Shown here: positions 1-12,782 of the stretch, piece by piece
Numbering within the stretch: position 1 is the stretch's first letter
How the letters are laid out: each line of letters starts with the position of its first letter
Assembly (NCBI GenBank): GCA_951406725.2
Contig: OX597829.1
Coordinates: forward strand, 49,786,001-49,850,000
DNA from: Octopus vulgaris
Lineage: Eukaryota
Reading direction: 5' to 3'
Length of the DNA: 64,000 nt
The notes under the pieces: generated by a model
Told to the model about the DNA's origin: nothing
Databases searched by the model: none
What the model saw: only the letters and a program-made list of their open reading frames with translations
Made by a program: the position numbers and the translations under genes

Positions 1-85
1 GAAATACTCAGGCTGGTGTTCGAGCATGCAAGAAACTCTTGGGAATGAGAGACCCCAGGTTTTTTGTGGAAGCATCCCTCTAGGA

Positions 86-430
86 CAGTGGCTCTCATCC
101 CGGGTCTATAAGGCCCCAGAGGGTACATATAAGATTTGGGGAGGGCCACGTAGCAAAATCGTAAATTAGAAATCCGAAATAGTATATTAAGGGCCCCTGA
201 AAAAATGCTTGCTTTAGACGTATATGTTGGTATGTATTGCAAGAAGTAAATTTCTTCCTCTCAAATTCAACCTACACAAGTGAATGTGTGAGAAAAACAA
301 AGTAGGAATTTTGAAAGAAGTTTCTATAAAAACTAGTTTTGAAACACCGTATGCCTATGGAGGTCCACCAGAATAAAAGATTAATCAAATGGGAGCAGAG
401 ATTTTTTAAAAAATGGTTTGGAAACCCTTG
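86..430. mobile_element. hAT (Charlie-like) MITE, degenerate
   Basis: Imperfect TIRs CAGTGGCTCTCATCC ... GGTTTGGAAACCCTTG; flanks CTCTAGGA / TTTTAGAG resemble the nTCTAGAn 8-bp hAT target; non-coding. Confidence 0.55.
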
Positions 431-639
431 TTTTAGAGTTACTTGCGGTAGTCTTTCCGACATTCTGCGCTCTCAGTTCAAAAGTCCTTGAAATAATAAT
501 AACGCTCTAATCTTTGATACTACGCCTATCAAAGGACTTTCCTGTTAGCTAGTTTAGAACCACACGTTGTTAGAGCTATTCTACATTTTTCACGAGAATA
601 TTTGATTTCACTAAAATTTTGTAATAAAAGAAATAATCC

Positions 640-1570
<931 letters not shown>

Positions 1571-2086
1571 TCCCCCCTCTCTCTTTCTCTCCTCGTCTCC
1601 TTTCTTCCTCTTCCCCTTCGAAATTCCGCCAAATAGACATGACCTTCTGTTTAAACTGTCCCAGTTTGACAACAGGTTCAACAGGTTCTAAAGCCTGGCT
1701 GGAATGAAGTTACTGATATCTCTTATCAGTATTACGAAAATAGATCCCTTTTACATCCCCAATTGCAATTCGGTGCCAATAAAACGAGCAAATCTAGAAT
1801 TCCCCTGCCGTTGTCTGCAAATATTCACAGATCGTTGAGACTGGCCAATGGTCAGTTCATGAGGAGCTTCTCGACAGCGTTTTTTCGCAAGGTTGACCTT
1901 ATGGAGGTGCCGAGTGATGGTGCTTTGTGAAGGACAGAGTTATACTGACAATGTACAAGTACTTGTGCTTTGTTTTTGTTTAACCATTCCAAACAAGGAC
2001 TAATCTTTCACAGCTGAAGGTCTCCTTGAGCTTGGTTTGTCGTTGAGGCCGGTGTTACCTTCCTTGAAACATTTGAGCCTGAGTAA

Positions 2087-2542
2087 GGCGGCGAGCTGGC
2101 AGAATCGTTAGCACGCCGGGCAAAATGCTTAGCAGTATTTCGTCCGACGTTACGTTCTGAGTTCAAATTCCGCCGAGGTCGACTTCGCCATTCATCCTTT
2201 CGGGGTCGATTAAATAAGCACCAGTTACGCACTGGGGTCGATATAATCGACTTAATCCGTTTGTCTGTCCTTGTTTATCTCCTCTGTGTGTAGCCTCTTG
2301 TGGGCAGTAAAGAAATAGGTATTTCGTCTGCCGTTACGTTCTGAGCTCAAATTCCGCCGAGGTCGCCTTCGCCATTCATCCTTTCGGGGTCGATTAAATA
2401 AGTACCAGTTACGCACTGAGGTCGATATAATCGACTTAATCCGTTTATCTCTCCTTGTTTGTCCCTTCTGTGTGTAGCCTCTTGTGGGCAGTAAAGAAAT
2501 AGGTATTTCGTCTGCCGCTACGTTCTGAGTTCAAATTCCGCT
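2087..2542 (+). mobile_element. tRNA-derived SINE family A (Deu/Nin-like central domain) with tandemly repeated body
   Basis: Head GGCGGCGAGCTGGCAGAATCGTTAG, B-box GAGTTCAAATTCC, domain CATTCATCCTTTCGGGGTCGATTAAATAAGTACCAG; ~180-bp body repeated ~2.3 times; homologous copies at 18.5, 26.1, 42.1 and 43.9 kb. Confidence 0.85.
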
Positions 2543-2782
2543 GATTTGTGCCACTCGTTCGTTAATAGTTCTTGAGCCTCCTACATCCTTAATTTCTTTT
2601 GCCATTAGCCTTGCACTCAGTCCTTTTTCCCACATGTGGCATAACATTTTTTTTCACCAATCATTACCAAAGCTGTAAAATAAGGAATAAGCAATTGATA
2701 TTTATATATTATATATGAAAATGAGAATAAAAAATTGAGCAACGGTCGGGCCGCAGGTTGTGTCATATCAAGATGTCTTTTC

Positions 2783-3302
<520 letters not shown>

Positions 3303-4144
3303 GTTGCCAAAGCTCATCTGTTAAAATCCAAGGAGAAAAATACTTTTTGACTCAATCTGGTATAAACAGGACAGTCTTCTTTCAGTTTCACAAGGCTTTG
3401 GTCAGCGTGAGGCTATTGTCCAATGTGCCATGCGATGGAACTGAACCCAGAACCATGTAGTTGGGAAGAATACCTCTAACCACACAGCTTCAGTGAGTGT
3501 TACTTAAATATTCCGATTCGCCATATTCCAGTATCATTTTAAGAGGTCATATATATTTAGAGGAAATGGAGTTTTCTGAAAGAGAGCAATGAACAAGAAA
3601 AGGTGTGGGGAAAGGCTTGTAGCAAGCAATGGCGTTCAAAATACGATAATGGAGTAAAAAAAGAATGTGTTATCAGATATGAAGGGAAAATTTCGAAACA
3701 TTTCACAATAATTGAAAACAAATGCAGCATTATGAAAAGTGTGGGCATTTTATTCATTGCTGTGAAATTGTTAGGAAATATGCCGATTCAGCCATCTTTG
3801 AAGCTGTTCGTGTAAGAAAGAAAGCATTAAGATAGAAGGATTTTAAAATAGCAAAGCGTTACGAAACCTTTAGACTTGTAATAATTGTTGTCGTGAACTT
3901 GTTAGAAATATATCGATTCATCTATTTTGGAAGCTGTAAATTTATGAGAGAAAACACTAAGACAGTCTGATTTTAAAATAGCAAAGAATCTTAATGTCTT
4001 TCTCGTTATTAATTTTCACATTTAACGGATAAAGAGATGCAACATATTTTTGCCACTCAGCTTCACATTAAAGATGGCGGTTTCTTCTTTTTCCCCAATT
4101 ATCTCTTTTATAATTTTGCTGTCGTAAATTTCCGTTACAATGTA

Positions 4145-4604
4145 GTGGTGGTGGTGGTGGTGGTGCTGGTGGTGTTGGTGGTGGTGGTGGTGTTGGTGGT
4201 GCTGGTGGTGCTGGTGGTGTTGGTGGTGGTGGTGGTGATGGTGGTTGTGGTGGTGATGGTGGTGGTGGTGATGGTGGTGGTGGTGTTGGTGGTGCTGGTG
4301 GTGATGGTGGTGGTGCTGGTGGTGATGGTGGTGGTGGTGGTGGTGCTGGTGGTGATGGTGGTGGTGGTGGTGGTGCTGGTGGTGATGGTGGTGATGGTGG
4401 TGGTGGTGGTGGTGGTGGTGGTGGTGGTGGTGGTGATGGTGGTTGTGGTGGTGGTGATGGTGGTGGTGGTGGTGGGTGGTGGTGGTGGTGATGGTGGTGG
4501 TGGTGGTGATGGTGGTGGTGGTGGTGATGGTGGTGGTGGTGATGGTGGTGGTGGTGGTGGTGATGGTGGTGGTGCTGGTGCTGGTGCTGGTGCTGGTGGT
4601 GATG
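4145..4604. repeat. (GGT)n/(GAT)/(GCT) compound trinucleotide repeat
   Basis: Directly visible; source of the poly-Val/His/Pro ORFs. Confidence 0.95.
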
Positions 4605-5444
4605 GTAAGTTGGGAGAATTTTCGGCTTTGGTTCGGCTAAAAATATGTTGATTGTAGAAATTTTGTGAATTATTTTGTTTGTACGATTTTCAAAAATACC
4701 ACAAAAATGCTCTCTAAGAACTACGACTAAAGAATTTCTGGTTAAAACTAACGTGCATACTTCGATTCTTAGAAAACGCTTCCTTTTCTCTAACCATTTT
4801 TGTTTCTTTTCTCTTCCTTTCTCAAAGACCATTCTCTTGACTTTATTCACATTCACTTTTCGCCAGCGCCATTTTCATTCGGAGAGTTCAAAACTAATTT
4901 TCTTCTCTCTTTTTTTAATTATATTTATTTATTTATTTATTTATTTATTTATTGCAATAGTAACAACAGACACATTATCAGATTCTTTTAGCTTAATTAA
5001 ACAATTATTGAAATTTAAATAATACTGGGAACATATGTTCATTATTTTCCTGTAATTTCATAACTAATTATGAGACATGCAAATTACTATCATTATTATA
5101 TCGGATAGCGTTCTCCTACTTGAATTTTGCCGTTAAATTAATTAACAAGATTCCATAATTATTGCCTTTCATTCAAATATAATGCTGTGAGTAATTATAC
5201 AATTCCCACGCACATCTAAATTTACTTACATATTTTAGTTTTGTTTGTATGTTGTTGTTGTTTTTTTGTTTTGCTTTGTTTTAATGTTTCAGCATTTAAT
5301 GATATGTAATTGATGAATATAACAACTGTTCTCCTTAGACATTTCTTATCATATTGGGAATTTGTGCATATATACATCTATACACGCGTGCCTATATATA
5401 TATATAAATATAAATATGTACATAAATATAAATATATACATTAT

Positions 5445-5640
5445 ACTCTTTGACTTGTTTCAGTCATTTGACTGCGGCCATGCTGTAGCACCGCCTTTGG
5501 TCGAGCAAATATACACCAGGACTTATTCTTTGTAAGCCTAGTACTTAATCTATCGGTCTCTTTTGCCGAACCGCTAGGTTACAGAGACGCAAACACAACA
5601 GCATCGCTTGTCAAGCGATGTTGGGGGGACAAACACAGAC
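5445..5640 (-). mobile_element. SINE family B 3' half
   Basis: TTGTTTCAGTCATTTGACTGCGGCCATGCTG...GGGGGACAAACACAGAC matches the other copies. Confidence 0.8.
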
Positions 5641-5663
5641 ACATTACACACATACACACGCAC

Positions 5664-5768
<105 letters not shown>

Positions 5769-5797
5769 CAAGATAAAAGCAACAAGAATGGATTAGT

Positions 5798-5891
5798 TGT
5801 TCAGTACAATTGTTTCATACGAAGAACAGATTTATTAAAAGCTGCAAAAATTGCAGCAAATACAAGTGTCCCGTATTCATCAGCCAAAACA
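5798..5891 (-). ncRNA. Type I hammerhead ribozyme motif, extended stem II (left arm)
   Basis: Minus strand: CTGATGA core, stem II ATACG/CGTAT with inner GCTGCAA/TTGCAGC hairpin, GAAA, palindromic ACAATTGT, GUA site. Confidence 0.7.
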
Positions 5892-6190
5892 CATATGAGT
5901 TTTCCAAATATCCTAGTGGGGTGAGGCTACACTCATGAAGTATCGAAGAGAGTTCTAGGAAAAGCAAAGTTAGATTGTAAGCAGACTTCAAAAGTTCTCT
6001 AATGATGCACAGTTTTATAAAAGGTTTTTAAAAAAGATTTTAAAAACCTTTTAAAAACCTTTTATAAAACTGTACATCATTAGAAAACATTTTAAATCTG
6101 CTTACAATCTAGCTTTTGCTTTTCATAGAACTCTCTTCGATACTTCATGAGTGTAGCCTCACCCCCTAGGATGTTTGGAAAACTCATATG

Positions 6191-6284
6191 TGTTTTGGCT
6201 GATGAATACGGGACACTTGTATTTGCTGCAATTTTTGCAGCTTTTAATAAATCTGTTCTTCGCATGAAACAATTGTACTGGACA
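6191..6284 (+). ncRNA. Type I hammerhead ribozyme motif, extended stem II (right arm)
   Basis: CTGATGA 6199-6205, GAAA 6266-6269, CAATTG, TA 6276-6277; stem I is rich in G-U pairs. Confidence 0.65.
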
Positions 6285-6436
6285 ACTAATCCATTCTTGT
6301 TGCTTTTATCTTGTTTATAATCACCCCACATTATTTTATGGTTAATACCATAAAGATTTCTGGTCCATCTAAGTTAAGAACCACATTCATGTGAATTCAT
6401 TAGAACTCATTTGAATCTTCATTGTTTTTACTGAAA

Positions 6437-6478
<42 letters not shown>

Positions 6479-6561
6479 ACTCTATTTGAAAGCATATTAT
6501 TCTACCTCTGATATTTGAGTACTCTTTTCCCCCACCTTGTTTCACATTTATGTGTTTACTC

Positions 6562-6601
<40 letters not shown>

Positions 6602-6739
6602 CGGAGATGTACTCGCATGGCAAGTGATTTGATCTGAGATCGTGTGCTGAAACGAAAACAATTGCAGCGTGGAAGGTGTTTATAAGCCATTTAAGAAACA
6701 CACAAAAACTGTTACATTCACTTCAACATTTAAATTTAA

Positions 6740-6789
6740 TTTGTCAAAATATTTTCGTCGCTAAAATCCGCGACCTGTTCACTGACAAA
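6740..6789 (-). ncRNA. Minimal hammerhead motif with G3-C8 covariant core
   Basis: Minus strand TTTGTCA-GTGAACA-G-GTCGC-GGATTTTA-GCGAC-GAAA-ATAT-TT-TGACAAA: 7-bp stem I, 5-bp stem II, palindromic AATATT stem III. Confidence 0.65.
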
Positions 6790-6978
6790 AATCCGTGCTG
6801 CATCCGAGATGTTGTGTATGTTAGTGTATAAGTATATACATGCATGCACATATGAGTATGTGTAAATATATATATGTATTGTATATGTATGCATTTAAAA
6901 ATCTAAAAAATAAATAGAATAAAATAAAGCAAGTTTGAATTTTAACTGTTGTTCTTGTAATGAGTGTCATATATATGT

Positions 6979-7046
<68 letters not shown>

Positions 7047-7289
7047 CTGTATGTGTGTATGTATGTATAAATATATATATATATATGTATGTATGTGTAT
7101 GTGTAAGTGTCTATATGATTGTGTGTACTTGTATATATGTATAAGGTTATATGTGCATATATGTATCTAAGAAGTTGTATCCATTCACCGTTAGACAGTG
7201 GTGAGACGGACAAATGCACACACACACATATATATGTGTGTGTGTGTCTATATAAATGAATATGTGTGTATATATATATACAACCTTCA

Positions 7290-8000
7290 ACAGGGTAACT
7301 GTCATGTATACAACTTGAACTGACACATATCAGTACATAAACATACGTTCAGGTCACTTTCGAGTGCTACTGGTAACATGTATCCCAGTACAACCTGTTG
7401 CATGGTCGGGTCGTCGGCGACTAAACCGGCAACCACACCAAGCTTGCTTAGTGTGGAGGCTGTGTATTGGACACAATGCGGGATGAAAAACAAAACCCGT
7501 CAAAGGGCGGAAGAACTCTTGAGAGTCAACGGCCATCCAATAAATGTCTTAAGGATGTATCATGCGCAGGGACATAGAAATAATCGGACTGAATACCCAA
7601 TCGCGCGGTTAAACCATTGGGAGTGAAGGACTCCCAGCCTTTGTTAGGGCATCCTTCTAGGAGAAGGTAACTCAGGTAACTGGGATAACTCCGACATAAA
7701 AGCTGCGGCTCAGTGGTTACCGATGATGTTGACTTGTTCTTCTTTTCGGATCATGGCTGCTGTTGCTTAGTGAGTGGGATTGACTCAGTGCACAGCCTTT
7801 CCTCACTTAAAAAAAATATCTTCTTGCACAGGCATTGCACGATAACAACATTGTTCATGACTGTTGATGGTGCTGTGAGTCTCAACTGAATGGCTGGCTG
7901 TAGCCTTAAAAACCAAATAAAAGTCACATTCCATCACAGCACCAATAACAGTTAAGCTTCGTGCAATGGCCATACTCGATAATGAGGGGGCTGCCATCAT
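7290..8000 (+). mobile_element. Putative non-autonomous RTE-derived retroelement ending in (ATGT)n
   Basis: GGCATCCTTCTAGGAGAAGGTAACTC resembles an RTE 5' UTR motif; 3' end GCCATACTCGATAATGAGGGGGCTGCCATC runs into a tetranucleotide tail; no ORF. Confidence 0.45.
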
Positions 8001-8405
8001 GTATGTATGTATGTATGTATGTATGTATGTATGTATGTATGCATGTATGTATGTATGTATGTATGTATGTATGTGTGTATGTATGTATGTATGTATGTAT
8101 GTATGTATGCATGCATGTATGTATGTATGTATGTGTGTATGTATGTATGTATGCATGCATGTATGTATGTATGTATGTGTGTGTATGTATGTATGTATGT
8201 ATGTGTGTATGTATGTATGTATGTATGCATGTATGTATGTATGTATGTATGTATGTATGTATGTATGTATGTATGTATGTATGTATGTATGTATGTATGT
8301 ATGTATGTATGTATGTATGTATGTATGTATGTATGTATGTATGTATGTATGTATGTATGTATGTATGTATGTATGTATGAATGTATGTATGTATGTATGT
8401 ATATA
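7999..8405. repeat. (ATGT)n microsatellite
   Basis: Directly visible. Confidence 0.97.
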
Positions 8406-8418
8406 CATATATATTCGA

Positions 8419-8511
8419 GAATATTCTTTGATGAAGGAGGCAGTGGTATTGAATAGTATCTAAGTTCATCTTTGCACCACTAATGCCCCCAGAAACGGCC
8501 GTAGGATATTC
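8419..8511 (+). ncRNA. Hammerhead motif with extended stem II, C3U core (possibly decayed)
   Basis: Stem I GAATATTC/GGATATTC, TTGATGA, stem II GGCA-GTGGT/ACCAC-TGCC, GAAA, palindromic ACGGCCGT, GUA. Confidence 0.55.
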
Positions 8512-8731
8512 GGATATAAACTTCTGAATTTTAACTTCGATATGTATTTGCTATGTTTTCTACACTTGAAATTTTAAGCGAATTATAAACCTTATGGATT
8601 TAAAATATTTTATATATTTTGATATCGTTTTTAAAAGGTAAGCAGGACTAAATTTTTGTACATTTTTAATATATTCTTAACATATTTATAATTATTTATA
8701 TATATTTATGTTGATATGTTTTAAGTATGTT

Positions 8732-8840
<109 letters not shown>

Positions 8841-9128
8841 TAGCACATGATTTGATGAATATAATGATTTCACGACAGAATATATTTTGGTAACCTATCT
8901 TTTGTCTCTCTTCATTATTTCTCCTATTTTTTTATGGCTCAAATACACTGAGTGCTTCGATGTGCCCTATATATAGAAATAATTCTATCAATAAAATACG
9001 CCTATAGATAGATAGATACATACATACATACATATATACATACATACATATATATACATACATACATATATACATACATATATACATACATACATACATA
9101 CATACATACATACATACATACATACATA

Positions 9129-9185
<57 letters not shown>

Positions 9186-9194
9186 TTTAAAAAG

Positions 9195-9500
9195 TCGAAC
9201 TCAGTACACATAGCACCATTACGTCACAATTTACCTCAACCGGTCCAGCCCTCTTTAATACCTTACCAAAATACGTCAAAACGGAAACGGATCCAATAAA
9301 ATTCAAATGTTCACTGGATAAATTTCTTCAAAAAATCCCGGACCAACCTCCTACACCCGAATATGTCTCCAACAATAATAACTCTTTGCTAGAGCGGGCT
9401 ATTATGCCCTATATATAACTAAAATATTCACTGGGTGGTGTTTTTAAGTTAGACATGGCCTGGGCCTATTCTGGCCTACACTGGCTGAAACCTATCAAAA
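9195..9500 (+). mobile_element. CR1/L2-like LINE 3' fragment
   Basis: Translates [36 protein letters not shown], a typical CR1-group ORF2 C-terminus; followed by a short 3' UTR ending GCTGAAAC. Confidence 0.75.
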
Positions 9501-9527
9501 TGATATATATATATTTTTTTTTTTTTT

Positions 9528-11085
9528 CTAGTTTCAGCTCAGAGCTGCGGCCATGCTCTCCTCTAATATGTGGCACTTGGTGAAGAATGGAGTTTGATAT
9601 AGCCACCCTCATTTACACCTCTTGCCGTGAGGTAGGTTCATCAGGGACTCTTGACAGGAAGATGTCCAGCTTTGATTTAAAAACCGCTACATCTACTTTG
9701 TACAAGTTCCTCAGACTCTTTGGGAGAATATTAAAAAGCTGTGGGCCCTTGAAACCCAGGCTGTTGCAGAAGCTGGTCCTGAATCATGATGGCATTACTG
9801 GGATCTTTGGCACTATGCAGTGTCGTCCCGTTCTAGCATTAGTGTAGCTTACAATGCCAAAATTTGGTACAATTCCTTCCAGGATCTTCCAGACATATAT
9901 TACTGCATACCTCTCCCGTCTTCTCTCCAGGGAGTAGAGTCTTAGCTGTTTCAACCTTTCCCAGTAGCTGAGCTGTTGCAAAGAGACGATCTTCTTTGTG
10001 AATCTTCTCTGGATTGCTTCAAGGTCCGCTGTTAATTTTACACTGGTGGGTGACCATAGCTGTGAGCAGTAATCCAGGCGACTGAGGACGAATGTCCGCC
10101 AGAGGACCATCATGGTTTCCTTATCTCTGGTTCTGAATGTTCTTAGGATCCACCCAGCCAATCGTCTGCACTTTGTCGCCATTCTGGTAATGTGCACTTG
10201 GAAAGAGGTATCATCACTCATGTCGATACTCAGGTCCCTCACAGACTTAGGCTCTGGGATTGAAATTCCCTGTGGACCGGTGTATCCTGTAAGTTTAATA
10301 TTCAGTTTTGGATGCTGGTAGCGCAGGGCCTGGAATTTTTCAGCATTAAACTGCATATTATTATCTTCAGCCCATCTGTAGATTGAGTCCAACTCCTGCT
10401 GCAGGTGTGCAACATCGCTGGGGTTCTGTATTTTCTGCGAGACTTTCGTATCGTCTGCATAGCTGGCCAGAGTGGCTATCCGGGCATTTGAGGGCATATC
10501 TGAGAGGGCCACTATAAAAAGCAGTGTGTTCATAGAGGTGGCTCCATTAACCACTACTGCCTGACTCCTATCTTTCAGGAAGTCATGCAACCACACTCCA
10601 AGTTTTCCAGCTATGCCGAGGTCACGTAGTTTGTGGCATATCATACCATGATATGCAAAATACCATGATTTGCAAAATCAAGGTAGATTACGTCCACATT
10701 TGATTTGTTGAGTAACTGCCTCAACACTCAGTCATAATGCTGTAAGAGCTGGGTCAGGCAGCTCCTACCTGGTCAAAAACCATGCTGGGTATCACTCAGC
10801 AAGTTATTTTCCTCAAGGGATGCGATTAGTTTCTTTCTGACTATCCGTTCCATGACTTTGCTGATGTGTGAAGTCAGAGAGATAGGCCTATAGTTTTTGG
10901 CATCTGCTCTACTTTCCCCTTTATGTATTGGGCATATTATTCCCTCCTTCAGCTTGCTTGGCAGTTTGCCATTCGCAAGAAAGCTCTGGAAGAGAATCTT
11001 GAGGGGTTTTGCCAGGGCATGCTTACACGCTTTGAGGAGGATGGCTGGGAAACCGTCTGGACCAGCAGCTGAGTTTATGTCCACT
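9528..11085 (-). pseudogene. CR1/L2-like LINE ORF2 (reverse transcriptase), 5'-truncated and disrupted
   Basis: Motifs AAGPDG, NYRPISLTS, QHGF, YADDTK, SRLDYCSQLW, LYSLERRRER; stops/frameshifts, deletion of the GVPQG block near 10530; A-tail at ~9514-9527. Confidence 0.9.
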
Positions 11086-11121
11086 TATATATATATATAT
11101 ATATAAAATATTATTAGAGAC

Positions 11122-11211
<90 letters not shown>

Positions 11212-11298
11212 TTAGAGAAGAAGACAACGGCGCATGCGTTCGATCCAGAACCAACCTCCTACACCAGGATATGTCTCCAACAATTATTAAATTGTTAT

Positions 11299-11329
<31 letters not shown>

Positions 11330-11346
11330 ACATGTACATATATATA

Positions 11347-11414
<68 letters not shown>

Positions 11415-11438
11415 GTATACATGTACATATATATACTC

Positions 11439-11492
<54 letters not shown>

Positions 11493-11676
11493 ATATATAT
11501 ATATATGTCTTTCTTATTGTTTGTCCATATATATAAAAATAAATGGAGGGAGAGATAGTATGGTGGATCGATAGACTGAGACTATATATAATCATAATAT
11601 TTTATTATGAATAAAGCAATTTACATGACTTGGAATAGAAACCCATCATAAGAAACGCAATATAAATGTGGGTGAA

Positions 11677-11767
<91 letters not shown>

Positions 11768-11778
11768 ATATATATATG

Positions 11779-11827
<49 letters not shown>

Positions 11828-11871
11828 ATATATATATACATATATATATATACACACATATATATATATAC

Positions 11872-11932
<61 letters not shown>

Positions 11933-12149
11933 GTATGTATATATCATATTCTTGCATAAATTGTATTATATTCTACACTACGTTTTAACATTGTGTATAC
12001 ACTCTACACTCACGGACATACATTCACGTACACACCACATGTACGTACATAGATAGATAAATAGATGTAGATATAGAAGTGGAGTGCTATGGACGTGTGT
12101 GCGTGTGTGTGTGCTTGTGTGTGTGTGTGTTTGTGTGTGGAGAGAGAGG

Positions 12150-12185
<36 letters not shown>
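11086..12185. repeat. (AT)n/(GT)n/(GA)n microsatellite tract with small TE scraps
   Basis: Directly visible; 11250-11285 repeats the CR1 tail seen at 9341-9375. Confidence 0.9.
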
Positions 12186-12189
<4 letters not shown>

Positions 12190-12782
12190 TTCGCGTGTAT
12201 AAATGAGTGTTTAGTTTCTGTATGTATATGCGTGTGTGTTTGAAGGATAAGGGGGAGCAAAATAGAGCGAATACCCAACGTATAAAAAAAAAATATGAAG
12301 CTCTGATTCCGTTTTCTGAAATCGAATTCTATATTGGTTTATATTATTTTTAATGCATTTAACGTATGAAAATAGCAAATATTCTGTCCTGTAAATTGTC
12401 TGCCTCCGAATATACACGATATATATATGAAGAAAACGAAATTGTATGTAGTCGTATAAGATATAAATTGATTTCAACGTCTTACAATCATGTGGGAAAT
12501 ATTCCACCTGCCAAATAAACTTCTGTTGTAGATATTTTCCAATTCATCACGCATCAGGAGCAATTTCGGAATAGATACATAAATATATATATATATATAT
12601 ATATTTATATTGATGAAAATGGTGACCAATAATCCTAAGAATTGTATTTATGATGGCGTGAAATATCATTGAACGGAGGAGTTTGATGTAAATGAATTTG
12701 AAAATTGAATATTTCAAAGTAGGAAGATGCGTGATTAACATTACTGGTCAAACGAAAAATGGAGTTCGGTAGGGGAACTGTG

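Noticed and set aside
3557-3815. 70-aa ORF with ordinary composition
   Set aside because: No recognisable domain; at best an ancient CR1-like C-terminal remnant
4037-4856. Poly-His/Pro and poly-Val/Gly ORFs
   Set aside because: Arise from a stop-free GGT trinucleotide tract
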